Counted from the first letter of the stretch, positions 48,463 to 62,039 are shown. The stretch: DNA of 64,000 nt from Felis catus (GCF_018350175.1 NC_058368.1:40922001-40986000), one strand, 5' to 3'. The notes: a model not told the origin generated them from the sequence alone. A program made the numbers and translations.

Positions 48463-50991
48463 TTTACTTATACTGAGTTACAGGCACAGAGTCTAAACTT
48501 TAGATAGTTGATTGTGTACTTACATGTTACTCCAGCAGTTTATTTTTTGGGTGTGAACATGACCCAAAAAGAGCTTATTAAAACTCTAGCTTTTATATAT
48601 TCTGATAACCTAAAAATGAAAAATAGAATTAATTTAAAAAGTAATACTAAAGGGTGCTGTTTTCCATTCTTCACAGATAATAGGCTAGTAAAGGGTTGGC
48701 ATGGAGGCCAGGACATCTTAAGATTTCTTTCAGAACTCAGATGGACACTCTCAATATGTTAACGGAAGGTGTTTTCTAGCTTGGTTGACAACATAATTCA
48801 CCCCAATAACTATGTTTCTGTATACAAAAGTTTTATGCATAGTAATTTTGGGGGCTATACTTTATAAAAATATTGTCCTGTCATAAGCCCCTATCAACTG
48901 TGATTGTTAGGAAAATTAACAGAGGCAGTAGCAGTCAGTCCTATAGTAACAACTTACCATTTAGAGCACAGTATAAATAAGAGATAAAAATCCACACAAA
49001 AATCTCACTTGTTAATCATTTAGAAATGTTTATCATTTTAGGGTTCTTATATTTACAATATAACTGACCTAAAAAGTAAGAGGGTGATAAGTCAATGTTA
49101 CAGAGTGAACTGTTCTTAATGAGATTCATGTAAGAAAAAGTAAGAAAGGGGTCGAGGATTGTGCAAAACAATGCATTTGGCACAGACTGAACCTGAATAT
49201 AACCACCCTCCCTAATTAGGCTGCCAGTCCCTTCCATGGTGTTCTGCTGCCTTGAATTTGGACTTGCCAAGGTTCTTTTTGATGAGAAATCTCAGACAAT
49301 TTGTTTGTATCTAGGTTCCAACTCTTTATTCCTGCTGACAGTCAGAACTCTTTAAGGGAAACCTAGAAATGCCAAATGGGCCACAGGACTGGCTGCACTG
49401 AACCTCACCGTCTGATGAGATTACTCTCCATTTGGAGCTGGGTCATTAGAAACAGCCTTGAGGAACCAGATAGAGACAAATGGTCCTCATTAAAAATTAT
49501 CAACCCTGAGTGAAAATACTAGTAGTTTGTATTGAATTCATCACATTAGCTGCAACCTTTTTTTTTTTTAACTTCAGTAAAGACATTGGTATTTCCTAAG
49601 GCAGAAACTTGCTGAATGGAAAGATGGTCTTGAACCTCATTTAGTCTTTGATTCTCTTCAAGGAAGGTATAAGAAACATCCAGTTTTGTTTTATTTTGTT
49701 TTGTTTTGCCTTCTAAAAAAAATCTCTTGTGGAGGCTGCTTCAGTGAATTCCGAAGCCACTGTCAGCTCTTTTTAGACTGATTTCCTAAGCCTAATGATT
49801 GATATCTTTCGATTTGACTCTGATTTGGTCAGGGTCTTCCTGGCAGGCAACTTCTTACTTGTGAAAACTGATGCAATATACATTTTGTTTGGAGAAGGTA
49901 ATTTCCAGCTGTTTGCTCATTGTTTAATGAGAGGACTCACGAGGGTCACCCTTCTGTATTACAGCAGGGAGGTGCCACATGTACAAACGAATCAGGAGAA
50001 TTGTTTCTAATCTGAGGGTTCGAGAGGCTTGATTGTTCACTCTATGAGAAAGCGATAGCTGTAACAGATTTGTGATGGGTAACCATTTTCTCATTTATAT
50101 AGAGAAAGAAGAATTGATTGGGAAATACCTTATAACATCCCTTAAAGTAATTTTTTTAGGTAAGATAAATGTAATGTAAGTTTTATTTTGCTGATGAGGA
50201 TAGTGATATCAGATAAGAGTTTATGTTGCCAGTTGAACAAATATTTGGTTACAGTGTGTAAATAGAGGGGTTTGGGGGCTACTTTAACAGACGTAAAATG
50301 AATACTGTTTTTTCCCCTGGAAGCTAAAACAGAAATATGTGGGATAAAACTTGTAGGTACTAATTTCTTCATACATTAGACATTTATTTTCATAGGTTTA
50401 GAAAATTTAAGCCATTTTATGGCAGTATTTGGTTTGATTACCTTGAGAATCCTGCTTTTTGCTTTTTAACTAGAAAAGACCATATCATTATGGAATCCAT
50501 TCTCTCATTTGAAAGGTGAGAAAGATCTATTCACTTAGTATAAAATAACTAAATTTTATCACATTTTGAATGAGAGTGTAGGCGTGTATTTGGTATACCT
50601 TTCTTAGCATAACTGTGTAAATTGTTTAGTTCAGATAATATAATTACCCTAAATTATGTTAAAATTAATACATAATGTTTTAATATCATCAGTATAATAT
50701 CATCAAGAAGAGCTCTAGTTAAAACAGTCTGACTCAGAGTTTATACAGTCACTACATGATACTGACTACTTATTATTGCAGTTCAAAGGCATATGATATT
50801 CTTTTGAGAAAAATGTAACTTACCATTTTATCATTCAGGAAATACTGACTGAGCGTCTACTACTGAGGACATACTGTTACAACTTCTGTGAATACAGAAC
50901 TAAAGTGGATAAAGTTCTGTGCTCATGTAGTTTACTTTTTAGCATGGGAGAGTTATGCATAACAATTACAAAGAAAACTATTTTCTTTGTC

Positions 50992-51472
50992 TATGAAGGA
51001 CAACTCTAAGATTGTACCAAGATCTTCAAACCCTGGTGCTTAAACGATTTTGTGTTTTCTATTTGAGAGTATATAGGACCTGCCTCTGTGATTACATAAC
51101 GTAGGATTGTTACTCACTTGCCAGGAGATACTCTCTATCCATTTTAGTAAGCCACCATATTGTGAGCTACCTGTAGAGAAGGCCACATGACCAGGAACTA
51201 AAGGTAGCCTTTGCCCAACAGCTAACAAGAAGCTGGGCCCTCAGTCCAATAGTCTTCAAGGAAGTGAATTCTTCCAATAACTACATAAACTTGGCGATGG
51301 ATCCTCTCCTGGTCAGTCCTCAAATGAGAGAAAGCCCTCAACTGCAGCCTTGTAGAATATCCAGCTATGCCATGTCCAAGACTTATGACCAATAAAAATT
51401 TTAAGATAATAAATATGCATTATTTGCCACTAAATTTGAGAGATAATTGGTTCAGGAATGATAAGTTAAACA
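50992..51472 (+). mobile_element. MaLR solo LTR (MLT1E/F-like)
   Basis: gagaaggccacatg..aggaact..ggccctcagtccaa..aaggaagtgaattct.ccaa..ccagctatgccatg..agataataaat..gccactaaattt. Confidence 0.8.
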
Positions 51473-51920
51473 TTATCTCTTTTCAAATAAAGTGTACATT
51501 GTGTCATTTTATATATTAAATCATTTATTTGTCTTTTGATAAACATTATCTGCAGTGTCAGATACTATACTGGTGATTGATATATTAAATTATCATCAAA
51601 GAATGACATTTCTTTTACTACGAATTACTATTCAATTACTACTATTCAATTACTATGAATTGAAATCTAAACAGCTATTTTGAAAAATGAATTACAAATG
51701 AAATGTAATTATGTAAAGTTTTAAGTTAAATTCAATAGTGTTAGATATTTAGCAAATTAAATCAAATTATGTTAATCAAATTAGATATTCACAAAATAAA
51801 GTTCTTTGATACTTCTCAAATATGTTCTAATAATTGTAACATATACTGAGCTCAGCACAGGAATTTATAAAATGTAGAACTTACGGTTCTTTCCACATTT
51901 CTCTGTTAAGATAAATAAAC

Positions 51921-51946
51921 TTTTTTTTAGTGTTTATTTATTTTTT

Positions 51947-51993
<47 letters not shown>

Positions 51994-52167
51994 GAGTCAG
52001 AGTATGAGTGGAGGAGGGGCAGAGAAAGGAGGAGACAGAATCTGAAGCAGGCTCCAAGCACTGAGCTGTCAGCACAGAGCTCAAAGTGAGCCTCGACCTC
52101 AGGAACAATGAGATCCTGACCTAAGTTGAAGTCAGATGCTTAACTGACTCAGCCACCCAGGTGCCTC
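51921..52167 (-). mobile_element. Can-SINE
   Basis: Canonical body; TSD taagataaataa. Confidence 0.96.
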
Positions 52168-53534
52168 ATCTCATAAGATAAATAACATTTGAAACTGCAT
52201 TCTCTGATAGCCTTTGGAATTTCTGTGGTAAAATTTACATTTTTTTTACACTTATTCTTACCAACTTATATTTTACTAAGAAAGGGTCATAATTACAACT
52301 TAAGATTGTTGACACCCATTGTCCATTTGATGTTTTAATTCAGTGTTATTCAGTTGGCTTACCATTTACAATAGACCCTCAAAGGCTATAGTTAAATGCC
52401 TTGTCTCTACCCTTCACTGATAAAATAGTGAGCAAATTACTTAATATTAGAGAATTGACCCTCCAGGATCTTGATAATCAACACAAATAAAATTTAAAAA
52501 TCGCTAAATTAAATTTAATATAAGCATACTATTTTAAAAATATCTTTAAAATATTTAAATAAATTCCTCTGTTAAAGTTTAAAAAATTAACTCTGTTCAA
52601 AACAAAAACAAACTATGTTCTCTTCATTCCTCCATCCCGATGTTAAAGAAATAGTCCTATCCCACTGAATCTCATTCAGGCTGAGAGAGCGAGAGCGAGA
52701 GTGAGAGAGAGAAAAGAATGCCTTCTTGCCTAAAAAGTCAATAAGGACCATATAATTGATAATATTAAAACTCAGCAGTTTTTTTAAGTAGCTAATTAAC
52801 AGTTATTAGAGGAGCTAAATTACCAGTTATTAGGGACACATAGTGAAGTATGGAATCCATTTTTTCTTATTGTCAGTTATAAGTATACGTAATTTAAAAG
52901 GAAGAAGAATAATTAAAAGAGATAATGTTCTATATGATGACATTAAGCCTTACCACTCTATGTGTGACTAGCAGACTAGTCATAGGGGGATTGCTTGAAA
53001 GCTTTTTTAAAACTACAGAGTCATAGGCCCCAGCTCACATTTTAAAAATTACAATCTGGTTTTTAACAACATCTCCAAGGAACTAGTATATAAATTATAC
53101 TTTTAGGAACACTGACATAAATTAATAACTACCAAGAGATATGGCAATAAGAAAGATATTTCTTACCTTTCATAAGTTTCACTTGTACTATCACTGAAAA
53201 ATGTTTTTTGTCCTTAAGACCCATATCTGTGTCTACATCTATGTATTTATATGGTGGGGAGAGGAGACAGGAATGGGATGGAGTGTGCCTGAAATGAGAT
53301 GAGCTTAGCATGGTTATGCAGAAGAAAAAAGGTAGGCCTCTTACCCAGGGTCATAGTCTTAAAGACAACCCAGTGGGTTTGGGAACTGGTACATTCATGA
53401 ATCAATGAAGTGGCTTCAATTCTTTTGATTCTGGTAATTTCAGGGGCTATATTCAGGTCACATAAAATTAGTCAAAGTTTAAGGCAGAATGGTAAATGGT
53501 GAGTACTAATAAGGACAGGGATAAATTATAATAG

Positions 53535-55670
53535 AAGACTTTCAGAATGGCAGTGCAAGTAGATACGTAGAACTGCTCTCTGGTAAAACAAGCATAATTA
53601 GAGAAGATAATATTTTTTTAAATGCAGTCATTCAAAGGCTTTTGAAATTGTCATAAGGGCATACAGAAAAGAAAGAAATATTTATTCAAGAAAATCTGCT
53701 AAAACTTCATAAGAATGGAGAGAATCTGTGACATTTCAAACAAGATCCACTGTTTCTGTCCTCCTCTTAACTCAGCATGATGCAAACTCTAGGCAGGTGC
53801 TTCAGGAATACAGGATGTTCCCCTTGTTCCCAGTCAAGGCCATGGCTTCTTCCTTGTAATGGAAAAGCGGCCAGCAGTTTCCATCACTGTAACTACAGTG
53901 GCAGAAACTAAATTCCTGGTGAGTATAGCCAGGTCAGGGATTGTCTTCTGCACAGTCCCGCTCATATTGCAGAGGCTCTATGTCAGGTTCAGAACACTTA
54001 GAACACGGAGGCCCTGATTGCATTTGTGCAAACTTGTTCAAAGTGCAGAGGTCCAACATTGGAAACTGAAAACCAAAAAATGTGGGACATTATTGGGGTG
54101 CCTGGGTGGCACAGTCAGTTAAGCATCCAATTCTTGATTTCGGTTCAGATCATGATCTCATGATTTGTGAGTTTGAGCCCTGCATCATGCTGTGCACTGC
54201 TGTGCACTGCTGTGCACTGATGGTGCAGAGTGAGCTTGAAATTCTATCTCTCTTTCCTGCCCCTCCCCCACTTGTGCACACTCATGCTGTCTCTCTCCCT
54301 CTCAGAATAAATAAACTCAAAACATTTTTTTTTAATGTGGGACATCATAAAGCTCACCAACATATGTATAATGGGAGAACTGGAAGGAGAAGAGAGAGAG
54401 AAATGAGCAGAAAATAATATTAGAAAAATGAATACCCGAAAACTTAACAAATTTGATTCAAAACATGAATCTACACAACAAAAAATATTAATATAAACTC
54501 CAGGTAGGAGAAACATGAAGAGACCCACATCCAGATACATCATACTCAAAATGCTAAAGGCCAAAGTTTTTGTCTCTTACAAAGGAACATTCAATAAGAT
54601 TTAACAGTTGACTACTCATCAGTAGTCATGGAGGCAAGAAATCAATAGGATGACACGTTCACAATGCTGAGGGAAAAAGAAAAAAAATCAAACAAGAATG
54701 CTATATCCAGAACAACTTCATAAAATGAAGGTAAAATAAAGCCAATCCTATATAAACACAAACAGAGAGAATGTGCTGCTAGTGAACCTGCCTTAGAAGA
54801 AATACCAAAGGAAATTCTTTAGGCTGAAACAAGTGACCACATACAGTAATTTGAATTCACAGGAAAAAGCCAAAAGCACCAGTATAGGTAATTGTGTGGT
54901 TATAAATTAGTGTTTAGATGAGTATTTATTTTCTTTGCTTCCTTTAAGTAATTTAAAAATCAATTGAATTTTTTAAAGTATATAATTGTGTTACTAAGCC
55001 TCTAACATATAAAAATGTAATATATTTGCTAACAACAGCCCAGAGGATGTGGGCAGGAGAAAGGCTGTGAGGAAGTGACATCAGATGGTAACTTGAATCC
55101 ACAGGAACAAATAAAGAGGACCTGAAACAGTAAATAAAAAGATTATAACAAACATTATAAATATATACTTGCTCTTGTTTCTACCCCCAATTGCTTTAAA
55201 AGGCATACAATTATATAAGGTAAAATTGTAACACTGTATTTGATTTATATAAAGACGTGTAGAAAAATATCACAAAAAGCAGAAATGGAATAGAGCTATA
55301 TAGGAATAATGTTTATATATCTTAAATCAATTAATACAAATTAGAAATGGATTCTGACCACTTAAGATGTATATGGGAAACCCTAGGGCAACTACTGAAC
55401 AAATGATTTTAAAAAAATACTGAAAAAAATCATTAAAGGAATTAAATGTTACACTAGAAAATATTTACTTGCACTAAAGAATTAGTAAAACAGGAAAGGA
55501 GGAACAAGAATGACGTGACCATATAGAAATCAAAGTGAAAAATGGCAGACATAAGTACATTCAAATATATCAGTAATACCATTAACTGAGAATGTGTTAA
55601 GATACAACCAAGGGCACAGGTTATTAGACTGGATTAAAAAAAAAAAGTATCCGGCTCTATGCAGTCTACC
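53535..55670 (+). mobile_element. Ancient L1M (L1MD/L1M4-like) 5' half: 5'UTR, ORF1 remnant, long spacer, start of ORF2
   Basis: aagggcatacag..tttattcaagaaaatctgctaaaac 5'UTR; tgggaca.cataaag..caccaacatatg..cagatacatcata ORF1; atggcagac..cagtaatacc..gactggattaaaaa..ctatgcagtctac EN start. Confidence 0.75.
54095..54333 (+). mobile_element. Can-SINE with internal 10-bp triplication (gctgtgcact)
   Basis: TSD aatgtgggacat(t/c)at at 54079 and 54334. Confidence 0.95.
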
Positions 55671-55984
55671 CCAATGATACCATCTAATATTATTTGTGTG
55701 GTCTAAGATACAGAAAGGATAAACTTAAGCCATTATGTAATCAATCAATTTGTTGGGGTAAAGAATGTGATCTAATCTTGAGAAAGCATTTCAAGCAGGA
55801 GTAAGAGTTGCATGCAACTAATGTCATTACCTCCTTTAATTTTAATGCCCTCCTCTCTGCAGTGCAACAAGTTTTATATTTTCTTGTGTGTACTATGGAA
55901 ACATTGTTTTGAGAGCTTATAAGAGAATGCAAAACATTGGCTCCCATTTTGAGAAATTCATTTTCATAAGATCTGACACGGGCC

Positions 55985-56135
55985 TCAGTAATTCAATTTT
56001 TATGACATATCATTTATGCATATTCTATTGGTCACTCAGACCATCCTGGTAAACTACATGAGGGGTCTACATAATGGTGTGAATAGTATCAGGAGGCAGT
56101 TGTAATTGGTAACAATCTTAGAAGTTACGTACCGT
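55985..56135 (-). mobile_element. MLT1 LTR 5' fragment
   Basis: atattctattggtcactcagacca.cctggta..gagggg.ctaca..ggtgtgaata..caggaggc. Confidence 0.6.
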
Positions 56136-56379
56136 AATCTCTTTTCTTCCCACTTCAGTTGTTCCTTCTCTATCTTGCAAGACTATTGGTTTTTCTTTTT
56201 TTTTTTTTTTTTGTACTTTTCTTATCCCCCCTCAGCATAAAAGCAATTTCTAATATCATTCATTTCAGGGACAAACAAATCCTAATATCAAATACCCATC
56301 AATAGAATACATTATTTCTCTACGCCTGTTTTAACTACATTGAATAACTAGTTGCCGTCACAAATCAGTTGACAACTTA

Positions 56380-57207
56380 GGTTGGCTTCATTTCTTTACA
56401 TCCTGTTTTTTACCAACTCACTCAAATCAGTCATCCATCTTCATGTTTTTATGGAAACATGGATTTTGAAAACATCATTTTTATGATGCCAAGTTCAATA
56501 GATATTTTTTAAAATGTGGTCTTCATCTTACTATATTGTCAGCAGCATTCAAGGCAGGAGACCACTCTTTTCCTCTTTAAAAGGTCTTCTTTCTTGCCTC
56601 ACATGATTTTCTTTCTAGTCTACGATTACTTCTTTCTGCCTCACTTGCTGACTGTGTATCCACAGTGTGTAATGTGTATCCACAAACTCAACATTTTGGA
56701 GTTTTTCATAACTTGATTCTATTCAGATTTTTATCCTCTGTCTCTACAAATTCCTCCTAGGGAACTCCATCCATTTAAATGTATTTAAATACTATGCAGA
56801 TACTATGCCAGTGATTCAAATTTTATATCTACCTCTTTGACCTCAATTCTAAGCTATGTTCTCAATGTGTACAGTTTCCTTTTGACAACTCTATAGGAAG
56901 AGGCCAGTAGTATTTTCAATATTTTTGTAATCAGTATCTCTTTATTTTCTGTTGCTAACTTGTTCTTCTCTCAGACTTTCCTGCATTAGTAAATGATAGT
57001 AGGCTTTATTCAGTGGCCCAATCTGTGCATTAAATAACTGTTATTTAAGCCAGTCTGTCATCAAATCTTCATAACTCTAGATCTAAAATACATCTGAACT
57101 ACATTCATTTATTTTAACTTCCAGTGACACCCCTTTAGTTCATATGATTATTACTATCAGAAGAGTATTTTATTATGTGATCTCCTTTATCTAGCAACCA
57201 GGGTAAG

Positions 57208-57261
<54 letters not shown>

Positions 57262-57562
57262 TTATATATTTATATATAAATATATATATTTATATATTAC
57301 TATATATTATTATATATATTATATATATTATATATTATATATATTATATATTAATATATATATTATATATATATATATAATATATATATATATAATATAT
57401 ATATTATATATTATATATATTATAATTACATAATATATTATATATATTACTATATATATTATATATATATTACTATATTTATATATAAATATATATATTT
57501 ATATATTACTATCAGAAGAGTATTTTATTATGTGATCTCCTTTATCTAGCAACCAGGGTAAG

Positions 57563-57616
<54 letters not shown>

Positions 57617-58583
57617 TAATATAATATATAAATATATATATATTTATATAATATATATAATATATTATTTATATAATATATATAATATATTATTTATATA
57701 ATATATATAATATATATAATATATTATTTATATAATATATATAATATATTATTTATATAATATATATAATATATTATTTATATAATATAATATAATATAT
57801 AAATATATATATATATAAATATAATATATAAATATATATATATTTATATATTATATTAATATATAAATATATATATAAATATATATAAATATATAAAATA
57901 TATAATTATATATTATATATTTATATTAATGTAATATATAAATATACAAATATATATAAAAATATATATAAATATATAAATAAATATATATAAATATATT
58001 ACATATATTTATATATATTTATATATATAAATATATATATTTAATATATATATATTAACACACATATAGTAACATGGTAGCGTGATATATATATCATGTT
58101 ACTTTCAGCTTAAAATCTTCAGTACATTCCCTTTGGTTTGGGAAAAATAATATATTTATATATTTATAAATATATTTATATTTATATTTAAATATAATAA
58201 ATATATTTATTTATATATAAAAATATATAAATTTTTATTTATATAAAAAAAATAAATTTTTATTTATATAAAAAAAATATATTTATATATTTATATATAA
58301 ATATATATATTTATATATTACTATATATTATTATATATATTATATATATTATATATTATATATATTATATATTAATATATATATATTATATATATATATT
58401 ATATATATATATAATATATATATTATATATTATATATATTATAATTACATAATATATTATATATATTACTATATATATTATATATATATATTACTATATT
58501 TATATATAAATATATATATTTATATATTACTATCAGAAGAGTATTTTATTATGTGATCTCCTTTATCTAGCAACCAGGGTAAG

Positions 58584-58627
<44 letters not shown>

Positions 58628-59330
58628 TAATATAATATATAAATATATATATATTTATATAATATATAGAATATATTATTTATATAATATATATAATATA
58701 TAGAATATATTATTTATATAATATATATAATATATTATTTATATAATATATATAATATGTTATTTATATAATATAATATAATATATAAATATATATATAT
58801 ATAAATATAATATATAAATATATATATATTTATATATTATATTAATATATAAATATATATATAAATATATATAAATACATAAAATATATAATTATATATT
58901 ATATATTTATATTAATGTAATATATAAATATACAAATATATATAAAAATATATATAAATATATAAATAAATATATTACATATATTTATATATATTTATAT
59001 ATATAAATATATATATTTAATATATATATATTAACACACATATAGTAACATGGTAGCGTGATATATATATCATGTTACTTTCAGCTTAAAATCTTCAGTA
59101 CATTCCCTTTGGTTTGTGTAAGAGTTACTATGTTAATTTTTCCTGTGGCTGAAAAATTCATGCATTATCTGGCCTCTGTCCACTGTCTAATATCATCTAC
59201 TTCTACTCTTTTTGGCTCATTACGATTTAGCCATACTGCTCTTATCTATCTCAGTTTCTTAAACACATCAAATCCCTTTCTCTTCGCGGTTTTCACATTG
59301 GTTATTTAAATCTGCATGAAGAGCTTTCAA
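56380..59330 (+). mobile_element. L2 LINE fossil split by the AT-rich array
   Basis: cttcatctta..tcagcagcatt..gacca; caaattttatatct; resumes after the array at atcatgttact..cagcttaaaa.cttcagt..tctggcctctg..agccatactg. Confidence 0.65.
57149..59116. repeat. Complex AT-rich tandem and palindromic array
   Basis: 64-bp block A at 57149, 57504 and 58525; 86-bp block B at 58055 and 59031; near-pure A/T spacers with internal inverted repeats and a ~21-bp minisatellite. Confidence 0.95.
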
Positions 59331-60544
59331 TGTTAGACTCTTAGGGTAAGAGAAAGAGAATCAATAAGATAATTAGTAAAACTATTATAATTATAACACA
59401 TACTTCTTAAATAGTTCAGTTCCTATGAAAGAAGTATTAAAATTCTCAGCCTATGTGGGCAAAGGGAGACTTTCCCTGCCTGGTTAAAGTAATAGAAAAT
59501 TTCTTGATCTAGTATATTTAAAATAGAACTACATATAGAGGATAGGGGATAAATAGGAAATTCAAAACACTAGAGAGTAGGAGGGATGGTTGGAGATAAC
59601 AAGGAATTGGAATAAGTCCCATATGCCTTCTGAGTCTTTCTTCTGGACCCACAGATTCTCTTCCTTTATTTTTTCTTTGTGTCTAGATCATTCTTTTATC
59701 CTACTGTTTGACTTTGTTTCTCTGTGTTCATGATGAAAGAAAGCTGCCTCACATTGTACAGATCCTTAGATCAAGTAATTGTGAAAGATTAAGTTGATTT
59801 TAATTCTCACACACTTGGAGGATGAAATAACTGAGAACCACAGTAAGGATCAACAGTAAGGATCAATCAGCTCAGATGGGTAGAATTACATATAAAAACA
59901 GCATTGGAGCCAAAGTTCTCCTTCCAGGGGGAGTCCTTATTGAAGGAGTGCCATGTGTTGGTCAAATATATCAAAAAAGAACTTCCTATAAACTTCTCCA
60001 AATATGGTTGAAATATACTTTCTAGCTTTATATACCACCACTTCCTTCCTAGCTCTACAATTATGTAATCAAGTTTCTCCTGCAGAAGACCACTTATTGG
60101 TAAATAGTATACTTGAAAAATTTTGCATCTAAGACTGTCAGTGTTAAGCTACTTAAGAACACCTGGGCTTTAAATGGAAGGGTATTTTGTACAAAAAAAA
60201 CTGATATGCAGAGCATAATTCTGCATTAATAAAAGCTCTGCTCCAACATCTATGATGTGTTTCTTCATTTGTAGGCTTGTTGTATATTAAGTTCTCAAGA
60301 GACTTACTTCACATTTTCCCTGTGATTATTGTTCTTGTTGAGTATCTTATACCTGCCAAAAATCCAATCCTGCTTCTAATTTACGAAATAGTTTTGAAAA
60401 TTTTCTCAAGCTTTCTAAATTTATCTCTGTTTTAGGGACTTTCCTGTGTCTTTGCATGGACAGTTCACTGACTTGCCTGGCCATATGATAAAGATAAGAC
60501 CCTCAACATACTCTGTACAAGGCAGATAGGCATACCTTGTACTC

Positions 60545-60910
60545 TGTACTTTAATTCATTCTGACATCTCTGCTTGGACTTTACTACCCTTTTTATACCT
60601 ATCAAAAAACCTTCTTTAAAACTCAAATTAAAAGTTACTACCTCAGCAACACCTTTTGAAAACTTGATAGTAAAAATAATTGCTACCTTTCTGTAATCTC
60701 ACATTTTTTATATTAAACTTATATCAGAGGTTTTCTTCACAGAGAGTCTGGGATTTTGGATGAATGTGTACTAGTCTTGTCTCTTCCACATGACTATTTC
60801 CTTGTGAGCAGGATTTTTTTTTTTGTAACCACCTTTTCTTGTAACTACCTAACATAATATAGTGTCTATCACAAGGCAGGCATTTAGCCAATATTTGGGA
60901 GTGAATTAGT
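60545..60910 (+). mobile_element. L2 3' fragment
   Basis: tctttaaaactcaa..ttactacctc..tgtctcttccac..ccttgtgagcagg..atagtgtct..aggcattt..aatattt. Confidence 0.5.
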
Positions 60911-61199
60911 TCAGGTTTCATTTTTCTTACTTTAATTTGAAGCATAAAAATAAAGGAGCTGTGTTAAAAAACTGCAGTCATGTAGATTTGGAAACAGTAA
61001 TAAAGAACCTTATTAGTATGAGAACAATTTTACATATTGAAAAATTGGAATATTCTTAGAGAAAACACTTGAACTTCATTTTTTTTTAAGTAAGGTGACC
61101 ACATACTAAAAATTATAGTGTACTTCATTTACTAGATACTTGACAAAGAGTAGCCAAGTAATAGCTTTGCACATACCAAGAAATCATAGGTTACACTAT

Positions 61200-61510
61200 A
61201 AAAACCATCATGGCTTTAGGAGAACAAATTGTGAAAAAAAATTCTAAGTTTTATCAATGACAGAATGACAGGTTTTGTGGATAGGAGGAAGCACGAAATG
61301 TGATATATTTTGACTTCAATAAAGCTTTTGATTTTTTTCTCTATGATATGTGTATTTTGAAGGTAGAAAATGTGGCTTCAGTAATTATCCAATCATGATG
61401 GAAGATTACAGGAATGACAGATAGTCTTTCTTAGTCCAATTCTGAATTAAGTGAGTAATGTCTAGTACCCATCAGATTGTGACCTCAGGCTAATGACCTC
61501 AGGTCAGCAC
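61200..61510 (+). mobile_element. L3/CR1 LINE reverse transcriptase fossil
   Basis: With two 1-nt frameshifts it reads HHGFR..ILSFINDRMTGFVD..NVIYFDFNKAFD, matching CR1 RT QHGF..LISFFDRVT.LVD..VDVIYLDFSKAFD. Confidence 0.8.
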
Positions 61511-61559
61511 CTCAGTATTCTATAATCGCTAGATGTTCTAAATATGTGTGCACAACAGT

Positions 61560-61780
61560 AATAAGAATAAGTTTTAAAACTATAATTTATGGAACAGTAT
61601 GCACAGCCAATATACCTACATTATCTCATTTCTCTTACACAGCAACCTTGAAAGATTGGTATTATTATCTCAATAGTTGTAAGAGAAAACCCTGAAGTTT
61701 TTCTGGTTTCCCAAAACAAGGCTCTGATTCAAATTCCAGTCTGTCTGATTCAGAAACCAATGATTTTAGCCAGTATGCCT
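61560..61780 (-). mobile_element. MIR
   Basis: cattatctcattt..cacagcaacc..ggtattattatc..gattcaaa..cagtctgtctgattcaga. Confidence 0.7.
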
Positions 61781-62039
61781 TTATCATCTTGTAAAAGCAA
61801 ATGAAATCATATAAGAGAGTGTTTTTCATTTTTGTTTCATTTGTAGCATCAGCTTCTCATAATTCTAAATGCTTGTCAATGCTATTGTTCTTTTATTTGT
61901 ATTAGTTTTCTCATTACTTTAAGAAAAAGGATGGACATAGGGACAAAGCACACATCTTGCATGAATCTCTCCCACATACTTCCTTGAATAAAGCACATCA
62001 ATTGGGATAGTTAAAAAAAATCATGGAATGAATGACATT

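Noticed and set aside
52960..53115. Possible MER5-like fossil
   Set aside because: Too diverged to call by eye
57149..58588. Identical 64-bp blocks separated by spacers (CRISPR-like look)
   Set aside because: Mammalian DNA; spacers are long low-complexity TA repeats that are themselves duplicated; no cas genes
59841..59866. 13-bp tandem duplication cagtaaggatcaa (and a similar one at ~51625-51655)
   Set aside because: Ordinary slippage micro-duplications
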